A stretch of 64,000 nucleotides of DNA from a virus (Duplodnaviria; Caudoviricetes). The stretch lies in IMG/VR virus record IMGVR_UViG_3300011008_000021, positions 1 to 64,000 of that record; one strand, written 5' to 3'. Shown here piece by piece: positions 18,999 through 29,220 of this stretch. Positions within the stretch are counted from its first letter, which is position 1. Every line of letters begins with the position of its first letter. The translations under genes were made by a program, and so were the position numbers. The notes below the pieces were generated by a model that was not told the origin of the DNA, did no database searches, and was given only the letters and a program-made list of their open reading frames with translations.

Positions 18999-19926
18999 TT
19001 AAATCACCTTCTTTCTTATAAATCCATTTTATTATATCATCTACAAAAATATCTTTATCAGCGGATTTTTTTATATTATTTGCTAACTGATATGTATTTT
19101 TTGGTTTTTTGCGAATCCAATAATCACTATTAACCCACCAATCACATGCATCCTTTAAGGAATTAAATTCTTTTATAAAATTAGAATTTTTATCAATACA
19201 AAAAACTTTTTTATAATGACTCTCAGCTGTTATTTTAACTAATTCTTTTTTTCTTGGAAAGTTACCTTTAATCCAACCTTCAGATATCAATTTATCAATA
19301 TCTACCTCTTCAGGTTTTACTTTTATGAGTTCTGATTCCCCTCTATGAAAAAATTTAAATCCTTTACTACTTTCAGAGATTTTTTTTCTGTGTTCTTCAC
19401 TAAAGAACTCACCATTTCTAATATGTTCTTTCATAGTATTACTTATCTTGGATCTTACCTCTTCTGTTTGCATTACTTTATCGTGATAAGATTTATGAAT
19501 TTCATTCTTCATACTATTAAATTCACTCAATATCGATCTAGATTGTTCATAGTAAGCTTGAAAATCAGGTAATTTATCTAAACATTGCTGTTCGGATTTT
19601 GGAAAATTAAAATGACCAAAAATCTTGAATATTGCACAAGCATTTCCTTTCTTATATAAGGAGTTATCTGGAGAACAGAGAAATAAATAATAGTGGGCCA
19701 GAACGTGATCCTTATATAAAAGATTAACTCTATTAGACCTGGTATTATCTAATTTTTTACCAACTGACTTATAATAGTATCTTGGAATAATGTGATGAGA
19801 CTGAGTCTTTCCTTTTTGATATGTTCTGTTTAAATTACAATTAATTAATTGAATATACTTATCTAGATAACTATTCTCAATACAAATATTATTTTCTAAT
19901 AGAAAATCTTTGATATCTAAAATCAT
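18994..19926 (-). CDS. free-standing HNH homing endonuclease with NUMOD3/NUMOD1-like repeats
   Basis: QSHHIIPR..NRVNL..DHVLAHYYL; SEEHRKKISES; KVFCID..FNSLKDA; lies between the polA halves. Confidence 0.85.
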   Translation of the reverse strand: MILDIKDFLLENNICIENSYLDKYIQLINCNLNRTYQKGKTQSHHIIPRYYYKSVGKKLDNTRSNRVNLLYKDHVLAHYYLFLCSPDNSLYKKGNACAIFKIFGHFNFPKSEQQCLDKLPDFQAYYEQSRSILSEFNSMKNEIHKSYHDKVMQTEEVRSKISNTMKEHIRNGEFFSEEHRKKISESSKGFKFFHRGESELIKVKPEEVDIDKLISEGWIKGNFPRKKELVKITAESHYKKVFCIDKNSNFIKEFNSLKDACDWWVNSDYWIRKKPKNTYQLANNIKKSADKDIFVDDIIKWIYKKEGDLN

Positions 19927-19937
19927 ATCTTTCTACT

Positions 19938-19989
19938 CCTGTTAATAAAAATCTGTTTCAGTATAATTTAGCAGATTTTTATTAACAAG
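19938..19989 (-). promoter_or_regulatory. RBS-overlapping hairpin upstream of the HNH gene
   Basis: Perfect 16-bp inverted repeat 19940-19955/19972-19987 extending into AGGAG. Confidence 0.6.
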
Positions 19990-20000
19990 TTATGATTTTT

Positions 20001-21596
20001 TTAACTAAAGATAAACTCTATTTTTTTGTCATCAATTTGATTAATTGTTAAAATCTGTAAATCTTCGATATAATCACCTACACTCAAATTTTTAGCACTA
20101 ACCCAATTCTCATTAGATAAAACTTCATCATCACTTGCTAGAATTAAGGAGTTGTTGACTAATTCTACATCAAGCTCAGTATACCCTGCTGTAAACATCA
20201 TTCTTATTTCATTATTATGTGATGGTATATTCTGAAGATTCGGATCTGAAGAACTAAATCTTCCAGTATCAGCACCAATCTGATTAAAATGAGCATGAAG
20301 TCTGTTATCTTTTTTAGAAATACATTCTGGTAACTTGTCAATATAAGTATTAATAAGTTTTAACAAACCTCTGTTTTCTAAAATTAATTTACAGATATTA
20401 TATTGAGGATATTTATCACTTATTTTCTTTAAAATTTCTTCCCCTGTTCCTCTGGGAGATTTTTTCTCTATTCCTTCTTCAATACCTAAAATATCATATA
20501 AAAGAATTGCAAGTTGTGTAGGACTTGCAACATTTATTGGATCCTCAAGTTGCTCAACTTTTGATTTTCCGAAACCTTTACCTGTTTTTTTAAGAGGTTT
20601 TAAATTTGCTTCCTTTGTTAATTTCCAATTATTTATTTGATCAGTGTATTTGGATAATTCCGCCTTGATTTTTAAATTACATTCATCTAAAAGTTTATGA
20701 TATTTATTACTTAATCTTTTTGAATAATCTAAATCTAAACATATACCTGTTAATTCCATTTCTGCTGAAACAATTACAATAGGCATTTCTATATTCATAA
20801 AAAGATTAAATAATTTTTCATTACCTGGTCTGTTGAATTCTTTAACCTGATATTCATATAACTTATATGTCATAAAAGCATCAGTTGCAGCATACAAGGA
20901 AAAGATTTCTGGATCTACGATCGCATACTCTATTTTTTCAAATAGATGTTCTATATCATATTTTTCAATCGAAGAATCAATCTTTGTAATATATTGTTCC
21001 TTTAACCCAGCTCGTTCATTCTCATTTAGAATTCGAGCTCCTATCATTGTATCCCAATATATTGGCAATTCAATATCACAGGTACATTTAACTACTTGAT
21101 AATCAAATTTTCCATTATGCATTATAATCTTAACATTATTATCAATTAATCTTTGTAGTTGTGTTTGTATCTGAAATTCAGTTATTTGGGGAATATCTTC
21201 GAACTCGTTTAACGACTTTAATCTTTTATGATGAACAGGAATATATAAATTTTTACTACCTGATGTATATAAACATAAACCCATTAACTTGCAAGTTAAT
21301 GGGTCCAAGCTATTATCTGTCTCTGTATCAACAGCAATAATTCCATTTTTTATGGCATTATCTATATAAGATATAAAATCATTATATTCATATATAACAG
21401 ATGTATTTTCTTTATATGAACCTAAAATTCTATTAACTTCAGAAGAAATTGCACTCAGTTTTTGAGTGATATCTACTTTTGAACTGAGTGCTTTCTTAGT
21501 TTTAGGTACTATCGGCTTGTTTACTTTTTCTATAACTTTTTTTGTTCTAGAAACTGTCTCTTTAACAGAAAATTCTTCGCCCCATAAGGAAGACAT
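20001..21596 (-). CDS. polA: family A DNA polymerase, N-terminal part (3'-5' exonuclease, thumb, start of palm)
   Basis: VDTET, HNGKFD, YAATDA, INVASPTQL, TGRFSSSDPNLQNIP. Confidence 0.92.
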   Translation of the reverse strand: MSSLWGEEFSVKETVSRTKKVIEKVNKPIVPKTKKALSSKVDITQKLSAISSEVNRILGSYKENTSVIYEYNDFISYIDNAIKNGIIAVDTETDNSLDPLTCKLMGLCLYTSGSKNLYIPVHHKRLKSLNEFEDIPQITEFQIQTQLQRLIDNNVKIIMHNGKFDYQVVKCTCDIELPIYWDTMIGARILNENERAGLKEQYITKIDSSIEKYDIEHLFEKIEYAIVDPEIFSLYAATDAFMTYKLYEYQVKEFNRPGNEKLFNLFMNIEMPIVIVSAEMELTGICLDLDYSKRLSNKYHKLLDECNLKIKAELSKYTDQINNWKLTKEANLKPLKKTGKGFGKSKVEQLEDPINVASPTQLAILLYDILGIEEGIEKKSPRGTGEEILKKISDKYPQYNICKLILENRGLLKLINTYIDKLPECISKKDNRLHAHFNQIGADTGRFSSSDPNLQNIPSHNNEIRMMFTAGYTELDVELVNNSLILASDDEVLSNENWVSAKNLSVGDYIEDLQILTINQIDDKKIEFIFS

Positions 21597-21615
21597 GATA
21601 ATACCTCATATATAA

Positions 21616-22473
21616 TTAATAATATGATCTAACCGGTCTTGCAAGTTGCTGACCATTTTGTTCTGACATATTAACTCCGAAATTTGGTTGAGTGTACACC
21701 TGAGGAGGTACCGACTGCTGAGATTCAACTGGAGGAGCCTGATACTGAGGATTATTTACAGGAGTATTTACATAAGCAGGTTGAACATACTGAGAATTAT
21801 TTACAGGAGCAACATTATTATTCCCATTAGGAATCATGTTCGGAGTTGGATTATTCTGCTGTCTAACAGGAAGCTTACCTGTCTGGACGTACACAGCCAG
21901 ATCTTCATAAGACCTTTCGGGTACTACAGTACCTGCAACCTTCCAATTTTCAAACAGTGAAACATCTTTTACATATACATCATCTCTATAGACCTGTTTA
22001 TTAAGATTAGGAACAATTTCATATCTTGTTCTCTGATCTCCTACTTTTCCATGTCTAATAATCTTACAGATTACATCAGACAAAGGACCATAATTATCAA
22101 TGTAAGACTTTAACTGATTTGCATAGGATACACTTCTTTCCCAAACTTTTGCTTGAGGAACAATATTTCCTGACTCATCTCGAACATACTGAATTAAATG
22201 AATGTACATTCTTTGAGTAACTGGAAGATTAGCAGCACACATAGGACACTTATTAAGATCATCCTTTGCATCTCTAATACAGCTAACTCTTCCTCTATAT
22301 TTACCATCTTCTCTAATTTCATGTGTTGTAAGAATATCAAAATCGTTAATGCTGTCATGCATAATTCTTACAACTGCTTCATCGTTATCATTCTTTAAAC
22401 TGAAAAATCCTACCTGATACTGACCAGTTCCATTACTACTAAAATCAATGTCTTCAAATCTAACTTGTGCCAT
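21616..22473 (-). CDS. single-stranded DNA-binding protein (gp32-like)
   Basis: FFSLKNDNDEAVVR, H..C..CPMC Zn site, KIIRHG..TRYEI, low-complexity Q/P/N tail. Confidence 0.7.
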   Translation of the reverse strand: MAQVRFEDIDFSSNGTGQYQVGFFSLKNDNDEAVVRIMHDSINDFDILTTHEIREDGKYRGRVSCIRDAKDDLNKCPMCAANLPVTQRMYIHLIQYVRDESGNIVPQAKVWERSVSYANQLKSYIDNYGPLSDVICKIIRHGKVGDQRTRYEIVPNLNKQVYRDDVYVKDVSLFENWKVAGTVVPERSYEDLAVYVQTGKLPVRQQNNPTPNMIPNGNNNVAPVNNSQYVQPAYVNTPVNNPQYQAPPVESQQSVPPQVYTQPNFGVNMSEQNGQQLARPVRSYY

Positions 22474-22510
22474 TTCTAATCTCCTAATATCAATTTACTA
22501 TTAAAATACA

Positions 22511-23491
22511 CTAATTTTCTACATTTGTCAACCTAAAATATAATCCATTTTCATTCATTAAATTTTCTACATAATTTCTATCTAAATCATTAATATCTCT
22601 TCCTTCCGGTATATCTAATATGGTTATTATACAATTATTTTTAAAATAATTTTGAAATCTATTTCTTCCTTTATATCCTGCATTGTCTCCATCGAACGCT
22701 AATACATAATTTCTTATACCACTTTTTTCAAGTAATTTATATTGATATTCAGTTCCTGTACCAAACAATGCAACCGCTGGTATTCCATAAGACCAACAAG
22801 TTAAAGCATTTATTTGAGATTCGCATATTACTACATATGGATAATTATTATTAATAATAAAATTTAATAAATAGACAGGTTTTTCAACATTTTCTGGAAT
22901 TACAAAAAATTTTGAAGAAACACTTCTTTTAGTTATAAATAATAGATTTCCATTAATATCCCAAACTGGAAAAGTAATAGCATTTAATTCTTTATCATAT
23001 CCAATTTTAAATTTATTTATAACATAAGGTGTTAATTTTCTTTGTGTCATATAAGGATGGTAAAAATTAAATTTATCTAATACTGAAAAATCCATAAATT
23101 CAGTATTTGATTTTTTTTTGAATTGAATTTCATCTAAAAACAATCCTTCATCTAGAAAAGTATCACCAAAATTATCTACCAGCCAATCTTTTCCTAAATT
23201 ATCGTCACCATCAAGACAATGACCAACCATTGCATATAACGGTACTCTCTTACCACAAGCAAAACAATGCATGGTACCATAATATATCTTAGGATCATTA
23301 AAATCACAAAATATATGACAGCTTGGATGATTCTCTTGACCATTTGAATGATAAGGACAAGTTATCTTAATATCATTTCCTTTTTGGTTACCTATATATT
23401 TAAAATAATTATTATTAGAATCACTTCTTAATTTTAATAATATATCTCTTATAGGTGTTCTTATTACTCTATTTCTAATAATTAAATCCAT
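22511..23491 (-). CDS. dnaG: DNA primase (CHC2 Zn finger plus TOPRIM)
   Basis: CPYH..E.HPS..HCFAC; ICESQINA; AFDGDNAG; RDIND. Confidence 0.88.
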   Translation of the reverse strand: MDLIIRNRVIRTPIRDILLKLRSDSNNNYFKYIGNQKGNDIKITCPYHSNGQENHPSCHIFCDFNDPKIYYGTMHCFACGKRVPLYAMVGHCLDGDDNLGKDWLVDNFGDTFLDEGLFLDEIQFKKKSNTEFMDFSVLDKFNFYHPYMTQRKLTPYVINKFKIGYDKELNAITFPVWDINGNLLFITKRSVSSKFFVIPENVEKPVYLLNFIINNNYPYVVICESQINALTCWSYGIPAVALFGTGTEYQYKLLEKSGIRNYVLAFDGDNAGYKGRNRFQNYFKNNCIITILDIPEGRDINDLDRNYVENLMNENGLYFRLTNVEN

Positions 23492-23493
23492 AA

Positions 23494-24753
23494 TTAAAAT
23501 GGAGTATCCTCTTCAAATTCTTCTCTAAGTTCTTCAATACCTTGACCATCTACTGCATTATTCTGCTCAGGGATATATTGAAAAATACCATGATCAAAAT
23601 CAAGTGCATACTTAATATCTTTGTCATTAGAAGAATCTCTTGACTTAACAAGATGCATTGTCATTATCTTATCTTTCTGCTCAAAAAATATAACTATAGT
23701 GCTATCTTGTCCTATTCTATCTGACTGAGCTATTAATGTGGTATTAACACCATTTTCAGTAGACCCTCTGTTTTGCTGTGAAACAGATATAATAGGAATC
23801 TTTTTAAGTGTTTGTAAATTCTTTAAATCTTTAGATATATTTGCTGCACGTTCAACAGGACTTTTTGCATGATGATCATCTTCTAATAAGGAATGTTGAT
23901 CTATACATAGCATATCCAATTTTTCTTTTTCAATGAAAGATCTTAATGCTGTAACTCCTGCGGGTCCATTTATCATTGTAGGTGTTAGAACTCTTAGAGA
24001 CCCTTTAAATTTATTAGGTAATTCATCAATGTATCTTTTATAATCATTTTGTAGATCTCTATTACCCCGTAACAATCCAAAATTTGATATATGAGAAATT
24101 AATGTATCAGCTCTGTAGCCAACTTTATTTTCTGACATTTCTCCAGAATACAAACCTACGTTTAATCCTTGCTCAGCTGCTGCAATCGCAGTTTTTAATA
24201 AGATCCAACTCTTTCCTTGATTAGTTCTTGCTACTATTGTAGCTAACTCTTCATTTTTATCCCAACCTCCAATTAAGTCGTCTAATTCTTTAAATCCAGT
24301 CTTTATATAGAATTTTTGAAAATCTTCACTTTTTGAAAGATAATCATTATACCTAGAAACATCTCTGAATATATCTATGCTTTCGATATGTTTTGCTTTT
24401 ACAGCATTTTCTACATTTGAAACATAAAGATTCATAGCTTCTTCAACATTACCATTCATTAATAATGTTCTCATCTTATTGAATGTATTAGCTAAAAATC
24501 TTTTATTCTTATCTTCAAATAATGCATCTATTAAATATTCATTTGTTTCATTAACTTGAATAACATCAAAATCTGGAAATCTGTTTAAAAAAGTATATTT
24601 ATCAGGTGCCTTTCCATATTGATTTATAAAATTCTGTATATACTCAAATTCATTCTTATAATCAGAAAAATAAGAGCTATCTATATTATTCATCAATAAG
24701 AATCCAACATCACCTGTATCAAGAATTCTATTCAAGCATTGAAGTTGAATCAT
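23494..24753 (-). CDS. dnaB: replicative DnaB-like helicase
   Basis: TGFKELDDLIGG, ARTNQGKS, SGEM, CIDQ, VSQQNR, IAQSDRIGQDS, KSR. Confidence 0.92.
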   Translation of the reverse strand: MIQLQCLNRILDTGDVGFLLMNNIDSSYFSDYKNEFEYIQNFINQYGKAPDKYTFLNRFPDFDVIQVNETNEYLIDALFEDKNKRFLANTFNKMRTLLMNGNVEEAMNLYVSNVENAVKAKHIESIDIFRDVSRYNDYLSKSEDFQKFYIKTGFKELDDLIGGWDKNEELATIVARTNQGKSWILLKTAIAAAEQGLNVGLYSGEMSENKVGYRADTLISHISNFGLLRGNRDLQNDYKRYIDELPNKFKGSLRVLTPTMINGPAGVTALRSFIEKEKLDMLCIDQHSLLEDDHHAKSPVERAANISKDLKNLQTLKKIPIISVSQQNRGSTENGVNTTLIAQSDRIGQDSTIVIFFEQKDKIMTMHLVKSRDSSNDKDIKYALDFDHGIFQYIPEQNNAVDGQGIEELREEFEEDTPF

Positions 24754-25433
24754 AGAGTAATACCTCTCTTATCTTTTCCAAATAATTGAATATTCTTAGA
24801 CATATTATTTACTCTACTATATAATCTTTCTCCAATCTTTTCTTGTAACTCCACACCAAATATATTTGAAGTATAAATATTAGATTTATTCTTATCTAAT
24901 CTTGTATTAATCAAATTCAACAAATGTTCGTGTTCATAAGTTGTTAATGACTTTACTCCTAACTCATCCCAAACAACTAAATCAACATCTAGAACATTTT
25001 CTTTTATATGATTAATATATTCACTTGTATTTGTAATACTATCTTTCAGTGACAATAGAAACCTAGGTACATTTATAAAAAGACATCTACACTTTAGATC
25101 TGATTCAGGCCATATCTTATTTAAATAAGATTGAATCATCCTAATTGACCAACTTGTTTTTCCATTACCTACATTACTTGAATAGATAAAAAGATTCTTG
25201 CCAGAAGTTACAAAATCAACAATATTAACTTCAATATCGTGCAGTTCTTCAAAAGCATCTTTGTCACACAGATCAGAATCTAGAACTAAATTTGTTCTTA
25301 TACGTTGCGTATCAGACAATAAAGATAATTCATATAATTGTGTTAATTTAAATAGTTTAATGCAAAAATCATTAGTATCACAAGATTTATCTTTATTATA
25401 TTTTTTACATTGTTCTTTTACAAAGCAATTCAT
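24750..25433 (-). CDS. DnaC/IstB-like helicase loader ATPase
   Basis: VGNGKTS, LVVWDELG, IYTSN, GERLYSR, GKDKR. Confidence 0.85.
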   Translation of the reverse strand: MNCFVKEQCKKYNKDKSCDTNDFCIKLFKLTQLYELSLLSDTQRIRTNLVLDSDLCDKDAFEELHDIEVNIVDFVTSGKNLFIYSSNVGNGKTSWSIRMIQSYLNKIWPESDLKCRCLFINVPRFLLSLKDSITNTSEYINHIKENVLDVDLVVWDELGVKSLTTYEHEHLLNLINTRLDKNKSNIYTSNIFGVELQEKIGERLYSRVNNMSKNIQLFGKDKRGITL

Positions 25434-26239
25434 TCTTTAAAAATATCTAATATTATCTTATTATGTTTTAACTCAAACATACATCTATCAATTTTTAAAT
25501 CTAATTCATCTGTTGTTAAAGAAGAAATATAATCAATAGATTTTTTAACATCATTATAATCTAACTTATATGATTTAGCAAAAAAAACTGCATAATCGTT
25601 ATCCAGGTGTCTTAATCTCCATTTAAGTTTTCGATATCTATCTTCTTTGTCTATAGATTTTTCAACTAAATCTTCGTTTAAAATAAGATCAAGACAAACA
25701 GAATCAAAATATTTGTAATTATTATACAACGACATGATCAAATCTGTCAACTCATTTTCAAACAAATAATAATTATCAAATACTGGTAAAAAATAAGATT
25801 CAGAAGCTTCTTCGGATATATCTTCTAACGATATCGATGTTGAATCAATCTTTCTTTTCTGTCTTGTTAAAGATACAAAATAATTAATTTTTGTAGAATT
25901 AAAAACTACATTAATAGCTTTTTCTGGTGCTTTTTCATCTTTATAAAGAACGTGGTTTTCATCAGTCCATACATGGTGATCCAGAACATATTGTATAGAG
26001 TCTATTAACCAATTATAACATTCCTCTGGACTTGCTATTCTTACAGTTTGAGAATAATAAAATCTAACAGCTACTCCCCAGAACTTATATATGATTGCAC
26101 TTAGATAGCTATTACTAAGTGGGTCGCCTTTATTTTTTAATTCTACATATCTGAAACATAGTTCATTACCTGATAATTTTTTCCAATCTTTTAACAGATT
26201 AGCATTCTCATAATAAGCCTGTTTTATTTCATCAAGCAA
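25430..26239 (-). CDS. hypothetical protein, possibly a divergent sigma-factor-like protein
   Basis: Helical pattern reminiscent of sigma region 2 followed by SISLE; weak resemblance. Confidence 0.4.
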   Translation of the reverse strand: MLDEIKQAYYENANLLKDWKKLSGNELCFRYVELKNKGDPLSNSYLSAIIYKFWGVAVRFYYSQTVRIASPEECYNWLIDSIQYVLDHHVWTDENHVLYKDEKAPEKAINVVFNSTKINYFVSLTRQKRKIDSTSISLEDISEEASESYFLPVFDNYYLFENELTDLIMSLYNNYKYFDSVCLDLILNEDLVEKSIDKEDRYRKLKWRLRHLDNDYAVFFAKSYKLDYNDVKKSIDYISSLTTDELDLKIDRCMFELKHNKIILDIFKE

Positions 26240-26260
26240 GATAAACTCACCTCTACTTCC

Positions 26261-27940
26261 TTATAAATCAACTATTATTTGTCTTAATCTATCCATAAGA
26301 TTTGTAGGTAACTTATCATCAACTACATAGTCACTGATTAAATTTTTATCTTCTACAATTTCTTTAACATGAATATCAAAGGTATCTTTACACCATAGGT
26401 AATATATAAAAACAGGAGACTTACTTCCAATTCTATATATTCTATCCTCACATTGAGTATTTTCTGCCGCCGTCCAGGAACAATCAATAAAAATACAATA
26501 ACTTGCTCTGGTTAAAGTAATACCTGTACCCATCTTAGCAATAGAACAACACATTACTCTATTATAATCGTTATTTTGAAATTTATCAATATTTTCTGAT
26601 ATTATTTCATCTTTTACATCTCCAGTACACAATAGAGGATTGTATTTTTGAAGTGAATTCATTATTGGATCTAAGGTAGATTTAAATCTTGAAAAAATTA
26701 CAACTTTCTCTCCATTATCCAATATTTGTTGTGCAATATCAACCGCTCTTTCCACTTTGGAAGAAGAAATATTTTCAGTAGTTAATACCTGAGGACAAGA
26801 AGTTGCCTGAAGCATTCTTACAACCATAGATAATAATGAATCGTTACTAATATGAACCTTATCAATTTGAGCTAATTCACCTTTTACCAAATTATCATAA
26901 AAAATTTGTTGTTGATCATTCATTTCAACAAACTCGTGAATTATATTTTTAGGGGGTAAATCTAAGATGTCTTTAGTTCTTCTTAAAGAATAATAATCTA
27001 ACTGATTTTTAAGAATATCGATATTTTTATAACCAACTACAAAATTATTAAATGGTCCTGAAAAATTACAATAAAAATATCTATAGTTTGTATAATTAGA
27101 TTTATCAGCACCAATCCATTTTAATGGTACATAAGCATCAAGAGGACTATTTAATAAAACTGTACCTGTTAAACCTATTTTATGTTTTGCTTTATTTAAT
27201 TTAAGTAAATTCTTTCCTTGCTGTGATGAATGATCTTTACACTTATGGCATTCATCTACAACAATCATATCAAATTTATTTTCTTTTCCTGATAGTAATT
27301 CTTTTAAGATATCCGAAGAACGGATAGTTTCAATGTTAGTTATTACAAAAAATTCTTTAATTGGATTTTTAAGATCGTCTAATCTATCTTGAACTGATCC
27401 TATATATACACCATCTTTCTTTTTAAACTTTCGTGTACCTAGAATCATACAATCAAGATCGGAATGTTGTTCTATTTCTTTTTTCCAATTATATTTTAAT
27501 GTATTAATTCCACATATGATTAAACAATGTTCTATACCTTCTCTTTTTCTAATTTCCTGTGCTAAATAAATAGTTGTTAGAGTTTTCCCTAACCCAGGTG
27601 CATCTAGAAGTAAAAAATTATCATGGTTTAATCCAAATTGAATACCGTCTAATTGATAATCAAATGGTTTTGTTCTATAAGGTGTTAATTCGTATCTAAC
27701 TTCTTCTTTTGAAGAATCTTTTAGAAATTTTAATTCAAACTCTTCCTCAAGACATAATCTATCTATGAATTTTGATAATCCTTTTATTGACACTTCCCAT
27801 ATATGAGTCTTCTTATCATATGAATAACTTTCGAAACATAATTTAATAGCTTCGACTATAGTTGCCTTATAATCGAAGCTAATAAATAAGGAAGTTAATC
27901 CGGGTAATTTAATTGTTGATTTTTCTTCAATTAATATCAT
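26261..27940 (-). CDS. SNF2-family helicase
   Basis: DAPGLGKT, VVDECH, LTGT, LRRTK, GTGITLT, QCEDRIYRIG. Confidence 0.92.
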   Translation of the reverse strand: MILIEEKSTIKLPGLTSLFISFDYKATIVEAIKLCFESYSYDKKTHIWEVSIKGLSKFIDRLCLEEEFELKFLKDSSKEEVRYELTPYRTKPFDYQLDGIQFGLNHDNFLLLDAPGLGKTLTTIYLAQEIRKREGIEHCLIICGINTLKYNWKKEIEQHSDLDCMILGTRKFKKKDGVYIGSVQDRLDDLKNPIKEFFVITNIETIRSSDILKELLSGKENKFDMIVVDECHKCKDHSSQQGKNLLKLNKAKHKIGLTGTVLLNSPLDAYVPLKWIGADKSNYTNYRYFYCNFSGPFNNFVVGYKNIDILKNQLDYYSLRRTKDILDLPPKNIIHEFVEMNDQQQIFYDNLVKGELAQIDKVHISNDSLLSMVVRMLQATSCPQVLTTENISSSKVERAVDIAQQILDNGEKVVIFSRFKSTLDPIMNSLQKYNPLLCTGDVKDEIISENIDKFQNNDYNRVMCCSIAKMGTGITLTRASYCIFIDCSWTAAENTQCEDRIYRIGSKSPVFIYYLWCKDTFDIHVKEIVEDKNLISDYVVDDKLPTNLMDRLRQIIVDL

Positions 27941-28309
27941 TTATCTTGCTTGTACATATAAATATTTAAGAACACCTTCGTTTTCAGTTGGATTCTTATA
28001 ACCTGCCCAATATTTTGCGTCGTCCTCTATGTATGCAGATACTACTCTAAGTTTATAATTATCTGCTTTATGTCGTCTAATGAAATCTACTGCTACATCA
28101 CAGAAGTCTGAGTATTTCGACTTTCCTTCATATCCAAACCAATAACCTTTGAATTCAGGATCTGCTAAATAATTAGAAAGTCTGGTAATTGTTTTAGAAC
28201 AAGTTTCGTCGTTTGCTAATTCCGTAGCAAACATTTCTTTAAATCTGTTTAAAGTATCCTCACAGTCATTTCTGTTAATCCACTTCTCAAGAATCCAAAC
28301 TTTCTTCAT
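27941..28309 (-). CDS. hypothetical protein
   Basis: RBS GAGG and own promoter. Confidence 0.65.
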   Translation of the reverse strand: MKKVWILEKWINRNDCEDTLNRFKEMFATELANDETCSKTITRLSNYLADPEFKGYWFGYEGKSKYSDFCDVAVDFIRRHKADNYKLRVVSAYIEDDAKYWAGYKNPTENEGVLKYLYVQAR

Positions 28310-28342
28310 TTACATTTCCTCTCTTTCTTAATTGTTAAATAA

Positions 28343-28371
28343 AGTATAACACAAAGAGAGTGATTTGTCAA
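28343..28371 (-). promoter_or_regulatory. sigmaA promoter
   Basis: TTGACA, 17 nt, TGnTATACT. Confidence 0.75.
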
Positions 28372-28375
28372 TCGT

Positions 28376-28687
28376 TCAAATTCTTTTATTCCAATTATTT
28401 ATTGCTGAAACAGGGTCAGAATACCCAAATTGTGCTAAACCACAATCAAGACAGCTAACCCAAAAAATATCTCCTTCAAAGCTGTTAGCTTCATCTTTAG
28501 TACCGTCTTCAAGAAATGTTTCAAATCCATTATCCTGAAGAATTGCTTCCCCACCACAACATGGACAACAACTTATATTATCTAATTCAGGATATTTCTC
28601 CTTCCACTCTTGATAAGAATTTCTTAATTTTTTTACTTTTTCTTTAATTGATGATATATTATCCATTTTGCTTATACCTTTCATCAT
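28376..28687 (-). CDS. Lar-like restriction-alleviation zinc-ribbon protein
   Basis: CPCCGGEA...VSCLDCG...AINNWNKR. Confidence 0.7.
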   Translation of the reverse strand: MMKGISKMDNISSIKEKVKKLRNSYQEWKEKYPELDNISCCPCCGGEAILQDNGFETFLEDGTKDEANSFEGDIFWVSCLDCGLAQFGYSDPVSAINNWNKRI

Positions 28688-28704
28688 TATAAATACTTTT
28701 TAAT

Positions 28705-28733
28705 ATAATAACATAATTAATTACATTTGTCAA
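28705..28733 (-). promoter_or_regulatory. sigmaA promoter
   Basis: TTGACA, 17 nt, TGnTATTAT directly after a terminator. Confidence 0.65.
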
Positions 28734-28734
28734 T

Positions 28735-28768
28735 AAAAAAACAGCCGACTAAATCGGCTGTTTAAAAA
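28735..28768 (-). terminator. intrinsic terminator
   Basis: AAACAGCCGA-TTTAG-TCGGCTGTTT followed by a T run. Confidence 0.85.
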
Positions 28769-28847
28769 TGTAATAAAAAAATATTATGTTTTTTAAAAAA
28801 CAAATTAAAGACATTTAACTTCTTAAAATGTAACTTATATGAATTCA

Positions 28848-29206
28848 TTATATCTCCCCGTCCTTTAAAATATCGTCTATATCTATAGATATAATATCAC
28901 TTGCAATTACATTTCCATCTTCAAATTTTATTCTGCATTGGACTCTAACATTACTATAAGAAATATTTCTATTTGGATCAAGCCAACTCCAATTCTTATT
29001 TTTAAACAGTAATGTTTCTTGTTGTGTTAAAGGAACAGTAATACTATTTTCATTAATATCAATAGTTACATCATCTATATTTTTCTCTACTATAGTAGAT
29101 CCATTCTGATTATATGTAATATATAATTCTGATACATTTTCTAATGAAACGTCAGAATAAAAAACATGAGTTGGTGTTGTACCTCTTGTTATTGATACCG
29201 TATTCA
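28848..29206 (-). CDS. hypothetical Ig-like protein (BppU N-terminal-like)
   Basis: ITRGTTPTH..ITYNQ..LTQQETL..ILKDGEI; likely start MNTVS with RBS AAGGA. Confidence 0.55.
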
Positions 29207-29220
29207 TTAATCTTAATTCC

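Noticed and set aside
18994-20000. Group I intron or functional intein between the polA halves
   Set aside because: No P4/P7 core motifs like those in the capsid introns, almost no non-coding space, and no intein catalytic residues
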